Below the pieces are notes generated by a model. It did no database searches. It had not been told where the DNA came from and worked only from the letters and a program-made list of their open reading frames with translations. Shown here in pieces: positions 38,011 to 50,083 of a DNA stretch of 64,000 nt (the stretch's first letter is position 1; each line of letters starts with the position of its first letter). Position numbers and translations under genes: made by a program. Origin of the DNA: Eledone cirrhosa (Eukaryota); NCBI GenBank assembly GCA_964016885.1, contig OZ024745.1, positions 105,028,001-105,092,000 of the forward strand, read 5' to 3'.

Positions 38011-39248
38011 ATTATTTGTTTCTAATGCTACAAAGTTGTATTAAATAACTATAATTATTATTGTTGAGTGCTATTTATTGTGTTCTATAATTCAGCAATA
38101 ACATAGTAAAATAACATTAATTGAAATGTACTTAATGATATAAGTGCATAGCTTTAACTGATATTTCTGTGTAACATCAGTTTGTTAAATGGCTAGCAAT
38201 GTTTACATTTTCAACAAAGAGTTTGATATTTCTCTGTTGTTCATTTGAAGGAATATATATTCTCAAACCAGAGTAATTTGGTTCCATTCCATTCAGATAT
38301 TAAGAGTTCATTCTAGTTAATATCCTGATTCATTTTTAGGAAATATATCCGAAAATTTAGGAGATAACAAATATATAATTAATTATTTTCACAAACCTTA
38401 TATATTAGTTTTTGGCATTCATCACTTGGCTTCTTTATCCTATCAGTCTTTGAAACATTCATTGTATATTTGATATTTGATATCTGTTTGATCTCAGAGA
38501 AAGCCAGTAGCAATTTTAACATCAGGTGTTACTTCTAAATTGGCCACTCTTGTATTAACTGAAATATTTTCAGTTAACTTGGAAGATAAGTTATATGATA
38601 CTCTATTTTAATTTAGTTGTATAAGCATCATTAATCCCACCAAAGGCTTCTTATCATAGAACCACTTATTTTTATTTATTTACATCCATTGAAGAATGTT
38701 TAATAATAAATATATTGATGGAATAACTTGCAAATAATGAATTTATTTCAGAAGCCTTTGAACAATTAGTATGATATCAGTTGTAGCCAAATTGAATTAT
38801 GATCAAATGCATGTAATATAAATGATAACATTGATGATAATAATTCAAAGAGTAGAAGTTCTTTAGGGGAAATCCTACTAATTCTTCTCCACCAAGTGAG
38901 TCCCCCCTACTGTTGACAAGATAATCAATTATACATGGCTACAAATAATGTCAGAACAATGCCTGACAATGCAATATCAGCATGTTGTTGGTTCTGAACT
39001 GTGAACTGCATATCAGAAGTTTAATATCCTAATAATGAGACGCATGAGGGTAATGATTTGGATGCAAAAGAGATGGATGAATATCCATTGCGGCAGCCGT
39101 AGTGATGACAATAAGAATATCAGTTGAGATATAGAGGATGTAAACTATAAAATATCAAATTTGTCATTTTTCCCTTTCAATACCTCTCAGAGCAGATCTG
39201 TGACATAGAGGTCTTTTTGTTCTATGAATGTTGCTAAAATTATATATG

Positions 39249-39249
<1 letters not shown>

Positions 39250-39304
<55 letters not shown>
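39250..39304. repeat. Pure (GT)n microsatellite
   Basis: Visible. Confidence 0.95.
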
Positions 39305-39305
<1 letters not shown>

Positions 39306-39639
39306 TTTTGCATGTGTATCAGGTGCATTTTATCCTATTGCCAACACTATAGAGGCTGTCTGTTACTTGACAGTGCCAGAGAGTTCTCTTTACTCTATGT
39401 TGTCTGTCTGTTCATCCACCACTTTACTGAATATGTTCTATTGTGATGTCCACTAGAGGCTAAAGAGTCCTCTCCACTCCATGTAGTCTCTAATCTTTCA
39501 TCAGATTTACTTATAGCATTTTTGTACTTGTATTAGTGGGTTTTTGTGATGTGGCATTTTGCCAGTCAACTTGATTCTATGTCATCTGCTACATGAAGAT
39601 CAGTTTGTTGAGGTCATTCTTTACAATAGATATGTAACA

Positions 39640-40460
39640 ACAAAACTAGAGATTTATGATACAAATGATTTGAAAATTTGTAACACAAACTTTAGAAAAC
39701 TGGCTCAGCCACTCTTGTTTGTTATAGTTTTCCATCCATAACACAGGAATTCAATATTGATTGTCCCTGGGAGTTCTTATATGCTGATGATCTAGCCCAC
39801 TGAGGCAAAATGATAGAACTAGGGAAGTTCCAAATATGAAAACAAAATCCATAATCAAAGGTCCTCGAAACAAATCTAGCAAAGACTAAAGTTTTAATGA
39901 GTAGACAGGGAGATAAAATCCTGCTACCATCAGATAAATTAATTCCACATGGTATACCCAGTGTAGACTGTGGATACACAAGAGATGCAGTGGGATCACA
40001 GGTAGGCTTTCAGTGAGAATGGACTTGATGTGTGACAGATGCACAGGAGTAGCTAGCAGTAAAGATACTCATGAAATAAACTCTTGGGAATGTTGGGAAT
40101 GTTTACTGGAAACCCTGGAAAGGTTTCATTATTTAAATGATGTAGGGCGGTGGATTGGCAGTACCGATAGAGGGATGGACGCCATGCTTTGCAGCATAGA
40201 GTTATGGCCCTTTATGATCTGAGTTCAAATCCTGCCAAAGTTAACTTTGCCTTTTACGGGCTTAATAACATAAAGTACCAGTCACACACTGGGGTCGATT
40301 TAATTGACTTTCCCCTCCCCAAAAATTGCTGGCCTTGTGTCTATATAAGAAACCATTATTTAAATGATGTCATTAGTAGTGAAAGTGGATGTACCAAAAG
40401 TGTTATAGCCAGGGCAAGAATGGAGTGGAAGACATTCAGGGAGATGTTACCTCACTCTGT
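39640..40460 (+). mobile_element. Old, deleted RTE LINE fragment interrupted by SINE-A
   Basis: ICNTNFRK (endonuclease), CPWEFLYADDL, ERFHYLNDV|ISSESGCTKSVIARARMEWKTFREMLP. Confidence 0.75.
40144..40353 (+). mobile_element. SINE-A variant with 17-bp TSD
   Basis: TSD CATTATTTAAATGATGT at 40127-40143 and 40354-40370. Confidence 0.88.
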
Positions 40461-41288
40461 AAAGTGGTAGAGCTGGTATCATGAAAAATGTACCCAGCAC
40501 ACCCTGTAAGGCCTTTGGCATTAGGAAGGACATCTAGTCATAGAAACCATGCCATATGTAGAATGGCAACCCACCTGACCCATGCCAATCTGGAAAGTGG
40601 TCCCAAAAATGATGATGATATATGTATGTGCACATATGTCAGGTCACCAGTTGGTGCTACTGGTAACATGTATCCCAGTACAACCTGACTCATGGTCGGG
40701 TCATTGGCAACTAAACTGGCAACCCCACCAAGTTTTCTTGGTGAGGAGGGTGACTTTGGACATCCTGCAGGACTAAAAACAAAACCTGTCAAAGAGCAAA
40801 GGAGCTCTTAAGAGTCAATGGCCATCCCAAATCACAGAGAGAGATGACCCCTTAGCCTTTGTCAAGGCAGAATTCTAGGAGAAGCAAAACTCTGATATCA
40901 CACCTGCAACTCTGATGGTATCCAATGATGTTGACTTGTTCTTCTTTTTGGTAAATATCATCTTGGTTAAGAGAGTGGGACTGGCTTTGTGCAGTGCCTT
41001 TGCTCACTATAAAAGCTTCACGGCACAGGCATTGCTTTATATCTGGAGATCTCTCTGCACTTGTCGTCACATGGTACCATGGGCCCAGCACTATGTGTCA
41101 ATAATTGTCACAAGTGTAGTGTTTGTACCAAAGTTTTCAAGTCGCTGGCTGGACTAAGAAGTCACACTCGTTCAGCGCATCGGTGGGGGTTCTCCTACAT
41201 GGATATAAAGTAGTGGCCGTACTCGAAAACGAGTTGGCAGCCACCATGTGCACATATATATGCATGTGTATATATTTATGTAAGTGTG

Positions 41289-41344
<56 letters not shown>

Positions 41345-41465
41345 CACATATATATAATAAATGTAATCTGAGTTTTTCGAATATTAATAATAACATTCGT
41401 TTCGTTTGCAATTATGCAAACAAGCCTCTGATAGCCATGTCAGTAGAATAAACACTTCATTCTTG

Positions 41466-41517
<52 letters not shown>

Positions 41518-42294
41518 TTATATATACTCACACATGTGCATAAATATATACACATGCATATATATATATATACATACATATACATACACACACATTTTTA
41601 TCTGATGGTGATGAGTGGAAAAGATTGTATGAGTGTGTGCGTGTGTTTGAGAGAGAAAGAGAGAGAGTGAGAAGGTGAAAGAAAACAGTGTTTGACATCA
41701 CAAACTAACATATTTGGAGTGTTTCTTTATCCCTTACCAACACTATCAACTGTATGTTTCTTCTTTTTGTCTCTCTCTTTCATTCCATTGCAGCTTTCAG
41801 TCTTAACTTCTCTCAGTTTTACCCCAGTGGGACTTCTTGTTCTGAGATGTATCTGTATCTCCATGCTAAATATGATAAAGATTCTTTGAGAAATGACAAA
41901 GTTGTTTGAAGACAAACACAAAAGCTTTTGCACAGACACACACACACATATTATTGTTGTGTCTCGCCATATTGCAGTGATGTTTAGTGGTCTTATTCTT
42001 CATGCCAGTCATATTTATATATAATTTATATATATATATATATATATGTGTGTGAATGAAGTAATTCCGTGGGAAAAGTCCAGGAAAAAAGAGTGCTCTA
42101 TGTAGGTAACAGAGCTTAATAGTTATGTAATAAACAACATAAGGCAATTATTCCATTTACCAGTGGTTTCTTAAAAGCAAAAAATGTTGCTTTCAATCAT
42201 CAGAATGAAAAAATCCTGGTGTATTTATTGATATTGGATTCTAAAAACCTAGGAATATGGACGTTAAACAATGATGATATATATATACACACAG

Positions 42295-42522
42295 ATAAAT
42301 CCACCAATTAATGGTAGGGTCTAAGCCATATGAAGAACTCAATGTAATCCGTATGTAGATGTCGTGAAGCAAAGTTTAAAATACAAAATTTCAACGATAT
42401 AATTCATTGGATACAGAGTCAAAAATGCAAATAGTGAAAACAATTAAATTAAACAAAAAACAGTTAATTCATAGTTTTAATATGAATTAACCGTTTTTTG
42501 TTTAATTTCATTGTTTTCACTA
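42295..42522. repeat. Fold-back element (about 43-bp arms) next to (TA)n
   Basis: ATAGTGAAAACAATTAAATTAAACAAAAAACAGTTAATTCATA / TATGAATTAACCGTTTTTTGTTTAATTTCATTGTTTTCACTAT. Confidence 0.65.
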
Positions 42523-42710
42523 TATATATATATATATATATATATAGTGTATATATATATATATATTTATATATATATACTAGCATGGAAGATGGATGTT
42601 AAACGATGATGATGATAATATACATATGTAAAGGTAATAACAAAAATTAACAAAACAAACAGCACAGTACATGGAATAAATATATTAGTTTAACGTTTGA
42701 AATATATATT

Positions 42711-42773
<63 letters not shown>

Positions 42774-43337
42774 TACCCACAAAATAATAATAATTATGTA
42801 AAAGTAAATATAGAAGTATGTAGGTTTTTTTGAAGACAACAATGTTTTTTATAGTTATCTAGTTCTCTTAAAACGAACATCCCCAATCTCCAAATTAAAT
42901 CACTTAACAAACAAATGCAACTCAGAAATAATTTTTATTTCATTAAAAATTCCTCCTAAACCAATAACTTTTCTACAAATTATGACAGGATGCAGATGTA
43001 GATAGGGAATTATGGGATATAAATTTATTTTTGTAAACTTTCTTCAGCTGTGCATGTTTAGTCTTCCCACTCAACTCAAAACAATACTTGCATTACTGTG
43101 CACTCACACACATATACAGGAATACACTCACAAGCACTACTACACAAACAACCACACACATACACACATCACACAGGCACATACACAAAAAGAAAAGAGA
43201 AAAAAAACCCAGACATGATGTTGTTTGAATGAATTACTACATACTCGTACATATGTATGTTTGTGTGTATGTATGTTTGTATGTATGTGTGTATGTATGT
43301 TTGTATGTATGTGTGTGTGTATGTATGTGTATGTGTG

Positions 43338-43368
<31 letters not shown>

Positions 43369-43420
43369 ATATATGTATGTATGCGTGTGTGTGTATATGT
43401 ATGCATGATATATATATGTA

Positions 43421-43765
43421 TGGAGGCACATGGCTTACTGGTTAGAGCATTGCCTTGCAATCGAAAGGTTGTGAGTTCAATTCTCAGACCGGGTGATGTG
43501 TTGTTTCCTTGAGCAAGACACTTTATTTCACATTGCTCCAGTTTACTCAGCTGTAGAAATGAGATGATAGGGACTGGGGTCCATATCATTCCACTGCAAA
43601 GTGGTCGTGCAGGTGCCACGGCAAAAAAGCACCCAGCACTCACTGTAAATGAGGTTGGTGTTAGGAAGGGCATCCAGCTGTAGAAATCAAGCCAAAATCA
43701 GTTCCCCTCCCAGCCTTGCAAGCAGAGAAAAAGCGGGCGTAAAATGAAATGATGAAATGATGATG
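43421..43765 (+). mobile_element. Full-length SINE-B: tRNA-derived head, central domain and RTE-derived tail
   Basis: A box TGGCTTACTGG, B box GAGTTCAATTCTC, CCTTGAGCAAGACACTTTATTTCAC, tandem unit plus GGAAGGGCATCCAGC, tail CAAGCAGAGAAAAAGCGGGCGTAAAATGA...GATG. Confidence 0.8.
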
Positions 43766-43883
43766 TATGAATTATGTGTGTGTGTGTATATGTATGTATG
43801 TGTGTGTGTATATATGTATGTGTGTGTGTATATATATATGTATGTGTGATATATATGTATGTATGAATTATGTGTGTTATATA

Positions 43884-45179
43884 CAGGGTGTGGACGATAT
43901 TTGTTCGCAAGATTACTGTCTAGGAAAAAATAACATAGTAGTTTTATTTTTTAAGATATATTTATCAAACTTGGGTCAGTTTGTCTTCATGACTTGTTCT
44001 TTCGATCTCACTCGATAAATCTGCCATTGGCTTTGATGACGGCCTCAAGGTGGCCTCGGAACTGGCTACAGGCTTTCATCACTGTCCCTCGACTTAGGCC
44101 CGTAAAGGCACTTGTGATCCTGGCCTTCAGATCGTCTTTTGTATTGCAGCTAGATCTGTTAGTGTCTCATTCCACTGCGCCCCACACAGAGAAGTCGACG
44201 GGGTTGCGAGCTGGGGGGCCAGATATCAGATGAAGTGTGGTCGACGAAGTTCTCTGACAGCCAGGCTTGGGTCTTTCGGATGGTATGGCAGGGTGCTAAG
44301 TCTTGCTGCCACACGTACAGCCTACCTGCAGCTAACTAGTCAATCCAGGGCTTTACTACCTCGCTCAGAATGCGGATGTAACCATCGGTGTTCAGCTTGA
44401 GGCCCTCAGGGAAGAAGTGAGGTGGCATGGCGTCACCTTGACTGCTGACGACACCTAAGACCAATGTTGTTGCTGGAAACTTTGTCTGCATGACTCTGGG
44501 CACGTCTTTGGATGAGACAGCGAGCCACCTGTTGTTCTGGGCGTTGATCTTCTGGTCTTGGCAGAAGTTTTTCTCGTCAGAGAAAAACCACAGCATGTCT
44601 GGCTCCAGTGGGTGTTTCAACTTGTTGATCAGCTTCTTTTCTTGCATCGCTTTTCTTGCATCGCCTTTGACAGCAATTGTCCTTTCCTCATCTTGTATCA
44701 AACGTAGCGAATGTCTTCATGTACCACCAGCCTAATGAGCTTTTCATCCACACCTTTCTCCCTTGCAATGGCACGCATCGACTTGCTAGGTTCATTGTTG
44801 ATGATATCCTGAACTTCAGCGATGAACTTGGGCGTTCTGAAGGTGTCAGATCATTGATCATGTGTTTTCATCTCTGATGTTGCTTCGTAGTCGAATCCTG
44901 AATCTTCCAATTCCTTTCTGACCTTTTCCACCATTCTCCTGCTGACACTGAGAAAGTCTGAAATTTCCTTATTTGTCCTCCCGGCGCAGATTCCAAGAAG
45001 AACTCTGTGTCTCTTCCACAAATTTGGAGGTCCAAAATTATTCATAATCAATTATTCTGAAAATAAATAATGGAAATATAGTCACTGTTTTTATGAAGAC
45101 AAGAGTGACAACGGAAGTAAAAAAAATTTTGCATAAAATTAGCAGTTGAAAATTGCGAACAAATATCGTCCACACCCTG
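43884..45179 (-). mobile_element. Near full-length Tc1/mariner superfamily transposon, DD37D (maT) type, defective transposase
   Basis: Perfect 27-bp TIR CAGGGTGTGGACGATATTTGTTCGCAA, TA TSD on both sides; minus-strand HTH region, WFFSDEKNF, WQQDLAPCH, WPPSS..NPVDFSVWG; stops and frameshifts. Confidence 0.92.
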
Positions 45180-46703
45180 TATATGTATTTGTCTGGTGAC
45201 CATGTGAATAAACAAGAGAAACTCCAGAGTAACATGATTTAAACCTCATCTTACAGAAAATATTAATCCCTACAATGTATTGAGTACTCATACTTATGAC
45301 TGGTAATATGATGATGATGATAAGGAGGTGGAGGAGGATATAAAACTGACCATCTGCTATATATGAAAACATAAAAGTTTTATTTTGTTAGTTTTTGAAT
45401 CTACATCCCTATTTTATTCTGATGTGTCGGTGGTGTCGGCTATGAAACTGGCCTTGTTGTTGTTATTGTTGTTTTCTCTTCTTTCTCATATCTCACATCT
45501 TTAGCTGATATGTCAACAGAGAATCTGTCATGTGGTATGGTCACTCTCTAACATGTGAGTTAAAGCCTTTACCGTGAAAATATAATAGTATATATATAGA
45601 ATAATGTAAATGCTAACGGGTTAAGTGTCATTAGTAGAATTCACTCTGTTGCAAACATTCAAAATAAGTTTCCAATCTGAGAATAACTTCCTCTCTTCCA
45701 CCAATTAGTCATGGATGCCCTGAAAGGGACCTTTGTTCTTTGACTAATTAATTAACAAAAAAAAAAAAAAAGATATAAGAAATGGAATTGTTTCCCTGAG
45801 CAGACATTTTTATGACGTTTCAAAATAAAGTCCTTATGTCTAACCACATGACTTCATCTAGCTGGATACCTATTACCAATAATAAATCAGTATCCCGTCC
45901 AGAGCGAGACATGTTTTATGCTTGCATATTGTTACACAATTGAATCATACCCATTAAAATTGCTGTAGCTGTTGTTTATCCTAAGGCCAGCATTGATTGA
46001 GCTGATAAATGATTAAAAGCTTTCCAGCTGTGATCATCCTGTATATTTGCAATGTATATTATGACTGTAGGGTGGGATTTGAAAGAGATTTGGTTGCAAT
46101 TTCTGTCAGATTGAACAACCACATACAAGCTATTGTTAGCTTGTGATACACGAAAGGATACACGCAACATTTTTAATGGAAATGGAACTGGCTGATATGA
46201 AAACTTGACTGGATAAATGACCTCCATTAGGAGAATTCATGGTTCTAAGATATCTTTTAGTTGTTGTTCTTGTTCAGTTGCAGAAATGCTTTTATTGAGC
46301 AGACATATGATCAAATGCACTCTAGCTGTGGCCACCTCATTTTTCAATCATAGATTATCTCAGACTAAAATATTCAATCTATCCTTACTTTTGGCTTGTA
46401 TTTCTAACAAGTGGGTTGGCTACAAAGTGGCCCGTTTATTGGCTTGCATATTGTTTAATTTATTTGGCAAATGATTTTTTTTTATAAATTTGTTTCTGTA
46501 TTGGTGTTTTTCCTATTCAAATCCAGCCAAAGAATATTTACACATCCAAGAAAAAGACACCTGATAACAGAGATCAAACTACAGAAAATGCTGTTTAGAT
46601 ATAAATATTGTAAATATATACTCTAAATAAAGGTGTAATATCCAGAAAGTTAGAGTTTTTATAGCAAAACTAATTCCAGATATACATTTGGGCATTATCT
46701 GTT

Positions 46704-46890
46704 AGGGCGGTGGATTGGCAGTATCGGTAGAGGGTCAGACACCATGCTTTCCAGCATAGTTACGTCCCTTTACGATCTGAGTTCAAATCCCGCCGAGGTT
46801 GACTTTGCCTTTCATCCTTACGGGGTCGATAAAATAAAGTACCAGTAATGCACTGGGATAATTGATGGCCTTGTGCCAAAAGTAGAAACA
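46704..46890 (+). mobile_element. SINE-A with 10-bp TSD
   Basis: TSD ATTATCTGTT at 46694-46703 and 46891-46900. Confidence 0.88.
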
Positions 46891-47055
46891 ATTATCTGTT
46901 TTACAGGAAATTGCAAAATAGCATAGGGGATGGAGATGGAGATATATATATATATATATATATAGGATGTCCCCCAAAAAATGTACATATAATTCAACAG
47001 CAAAAAAAAATGTGTTAGAATAAATTCTATTTTATATGCATTATTTAAATTATGT

Positions 47056-47241
47056 AGGGCGGTAGATTGGCAGTATCAGTAGAGGGTCGGACGCCATGCT
47101 TTCCAGCATAGTTACGTACCTTTGAGGTCTGAGTTCAAATCCCACCGAGGTTAACTTTGCCTTTCATCCTTACGGGGTCGATAAAATAAAGTACCAGTAA
47201 TGTACTGGGTAATTGATGGCCTTGTGCCAAAAGTAGAAACA
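47056..47241 (+). mobile_element. SINE-A with 16-17 bp TSD
   Basis: ATTATTTAAATTATGTA at 47040-47056 and 47242-47258. Confidence 0.88.
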
Positions 47242-47799
47242 ATTATTTAAATTATGTAAATATTATTGGGTGTTTACATACAATTGAATTATGTTTGTCG
47301 ATCATTTTATTTTTGGGAAAGGCATGCATTCTTATAAATATTGTCTGTACAAGTAATCAAAGTGTATATACATTTTGGTGGGGAACATCCTGTATATATA
47401 TATATATATATCCACCAGGCTTCCCAACAGTTTCTGTCTACTCAAATTCACTAACAAACCTTAGGTCAACACAACATTATGGTTTTGACACTTGTTGAAG
47501 ATGCCATGCAGTGAAATTGAACTGAGAATTTCATGACTGTGTACTTCTTAACCACTTGACCATGCCTGCATCTATGGTTAACAATAGTATGATATCAGAG
47601 ACTGATATGACTGAGAATCCATCTTTTTAAATTTAAGCTTGACGCCTATTCAATATTATACTTGAGAATAATATCTGAGTCTTAACTTGAAAGGAGGTGA
47701 GTGGGGAGTAGATTGTCATTTCAACTGAGTGGTTTGAGGAACAAAAGGAAAGATGAGATGTATTAGAATTATAGGAGTTGTTTAGCTCTAGTTCAATCC

Positions 47800-48243
47800 T
47801 GATCATACAGTTGGTGCCTGGTGATCATTGGCTGACTGTTTGACTGATCGCAAATGAGCTGGGCATAAACTGTGACAACATTTGGAAGATTATCACCAAA
47901 GATTTGGACTTGCAGAAGATTGCTGGCACACAATGCTCTGAGTATCCAGCAGTTCCTGGCCAAGAAGAACTTTGCCGTACTTGAACAATCTCCTTATTCA
48001 CCTGATCTTGCTCCATGTGACTTTTTCTCTTTTCCCTAAGCTCAAGACACAGAAATGATCGAGATGGCTATAATGAAGGAGCGGAGAGGAATCCCAGAAT
48101 AATCCTTCCAGCGTGGCAGAGAAGGATGGAAAAGTGCATTAGACTCAAAGGGGATTATTTGAAGGGGAGATCATGTACTTTGTTGTTTGGAATTGAAATA
48201 AATTGTTTGACACACCAGTCCCATTACTTTTTAGACAGACCTT
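47800..48243 (+). mobile_element. Internally deleted mariner (DD34D-type) remnant
   Basis: LTVxLIANELGIN (HTH), QSPYSPDLAPCDF..FPKLK, EKCIRLKGDY and a TIR-like end CCATTACTTTTTAGACAGACCT. Confidence 0.78.
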
Positions 48244-48311
48244 GGAAATATATATCAAAGATAATAGATAAGTGCAGGCATGGATGTGTAGTTAAGGTGT
48301 TCATATATATA

Positions 48312-48362
<51 letters not shown>

Positions 48363-48539
48363 TAACAGTTTGACTTATATATTTGTGTATCTTTGTCTGT
48401 CTTTATGTCCCATAATCTAGCAGTTCAACATAACAGAGCTTGATAAAATAAGTACTGGGGTCAATATGAATGACTTGAAGGTGGTGCTGCAGCATGACCA
48501 CTGTCGAATGACTAAAAAAAAACCCACTAAAAGAAAATA

Positions 48540-48727
48540 ATTGTTTCTACTTTTGGCACAAGGCCAGCCATTATCCCAGTACATTACTGGTACTTTATTT
48601 TATAGACCCCGTAAGGATGAAAGGCAAAGTTAACCTCGGCGGGATTTGAACTCAGAATAACAAGGGCCGTAACTCTATGCGTCAAAGCATGGCGTCCGAC
48701 CCTCTACCGATACTGCCAATCCACCGC
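48540..48727 (-). mobile_element. SINE-A (minus) with 15-bp TSD
   Basis: CACTAAAAGAAAATA at 48525-48539 and 48728-48742. Confidence 0.88.
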
Positions 48728-49120
48728 CACTAAAAGAAAATAGTATATACTAAAGAGGATTGATAATTTGTAAAATTAGCTTTTATAGTAACAGTTCATC
48801 CCTGACATTTATATATTTGGTTATTATTTAAGAGAAAGTTTGACATGAATGTGAAATAGAACATGATATTTAAGGATAGGATATTAAAATATTGCATGTT
48901 GATGTACAATGCTTTATGTTGTAGTGTTTAGGCCAATCAGATATAACATGTCATTCATATTATTTTATGGTATTACTAGCGGAATGGCCCAGCGTTGCTC
49001 GGGAATTGCTCTAGGGTTCTTATATATTTGATATATATTTATCTTTATCGAGCCTCGTGAAATAAATACATTTGTTTATATTTTGTTATTGTGTATCAAA
49101 AATATCTGTAAACGAATATA

Positions 49121-49149
<29 letters not shown>

Positions 49150-49151
<2 letters not shown>

Positions 49152-49452
49152 GCAAAAGTTTTATTTAAAATTGTTGGGTTACAACGAGTAAATATTTTAT
49201 AACTGATATAAAGCACTCAACAAGTTTTGGAGTAGATATACGATATTAAACAAATGGAAACTATATTTATAAAACCATATTTATTTCATTATACATATTT
49301 CAGGGATACCATATTAAAAATATGGCATGCCTTCTTCAGATAAAATACAATATAGAAGGCATGCCATATTTTTAATATGGTATCCCTGAAATATGTATAA
49401 TGAAATAAATATGGTTTTATAAATATAGTTTCCATTTGTTTAATATCGTATA
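49150..49452 (-). mobile_element. Fold-back Penelope-like remnant with about 100-bp perfect inverted arms
   Basis: Arms about 49238-49335 and 49355-49452; left arm encodes a hammerhead fold on the minus strand; GTTGAGTGCTT motif. Confidence 0.65.
49282..49347 (-). ncRNA. Minimal type I hammerhead ribozyme-like fold with canonical core
   Basis: Minus strand TATTTTAT-CTGAAGA-AGG(catg CCATAT tttta ATATGG tatc)CCT-GAAA-TATGT-ATA-ATGAAATA: 8-bp stem I (one G-U), extended stem II, AUA triplet. Confidence 0.65.
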
Positions 49453-49460
49453 TATATACA

Positions 49461-49906
49461 TATATATATCTAAAACAGAGAATGTATGTCTGGCTGTCTG
49501 ACTCCCCAAAACTCGAGAACCACCCAACCGATTGTTTTCAAACTTTATACATGTAATGCTTATGGACCTGTGAGTGTTTTGAGCAAAAGATATTTCAAAT
49601 TTTCAATGCCCTAGGGACCGCATTAGGCGATTTAGCGATCTCTCTCTATAATTCTTAGTCTGTCTCTTTTTAGATAGATACATAGCTACAACGTTGCGCC
49701 CTTATAATATCTGTCTGTATGTCTGGCTGTCTGCATTACGACATTATGACACTGTGTGTGTGTGTGTGTGTAAATATGTATATATATTGTGTAACGTTTT
49801 TCGAAATATTTACTTCTGCGTTCACAGATTGATATTTTTAGTTTCAGAAGATCCCGTTAAGGGTGAAAACAGCGATTCTATGCTTAAACTTTAATCTGTT
49901 ATTTTA

Positions 49907-49944
<38 letters not shown>

Positions 49945-50083
49945 GTGTACAGATATTTTTGCATACACAATAACAAAATATAAACAAACATATTTATTTC
50001 ACGAGGCTCGATAAGGATAAATATATATCAAATATATAAGAACCCTAGAGCAAATCCCCAGCAACGCCGAGCCATTCTGCTAG
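49461..50083 (+). mobile_element. Non-autonomous Helitron (inner copy, same family, opposite orientation)
   Basis: Starts TATATATATCTAAAACAGAGAATG and ends CCCCAGCAACGCCGAGCCATTCTGCTAG|T; reverse complement of 48976-49140 plus 50085-50555. Confidence 0.78.

Noticed and set aside
38751-39150. Non-repetitive stretch after tttcAG that looked exon-like
   Set aside because: Early stops in all three + frames.
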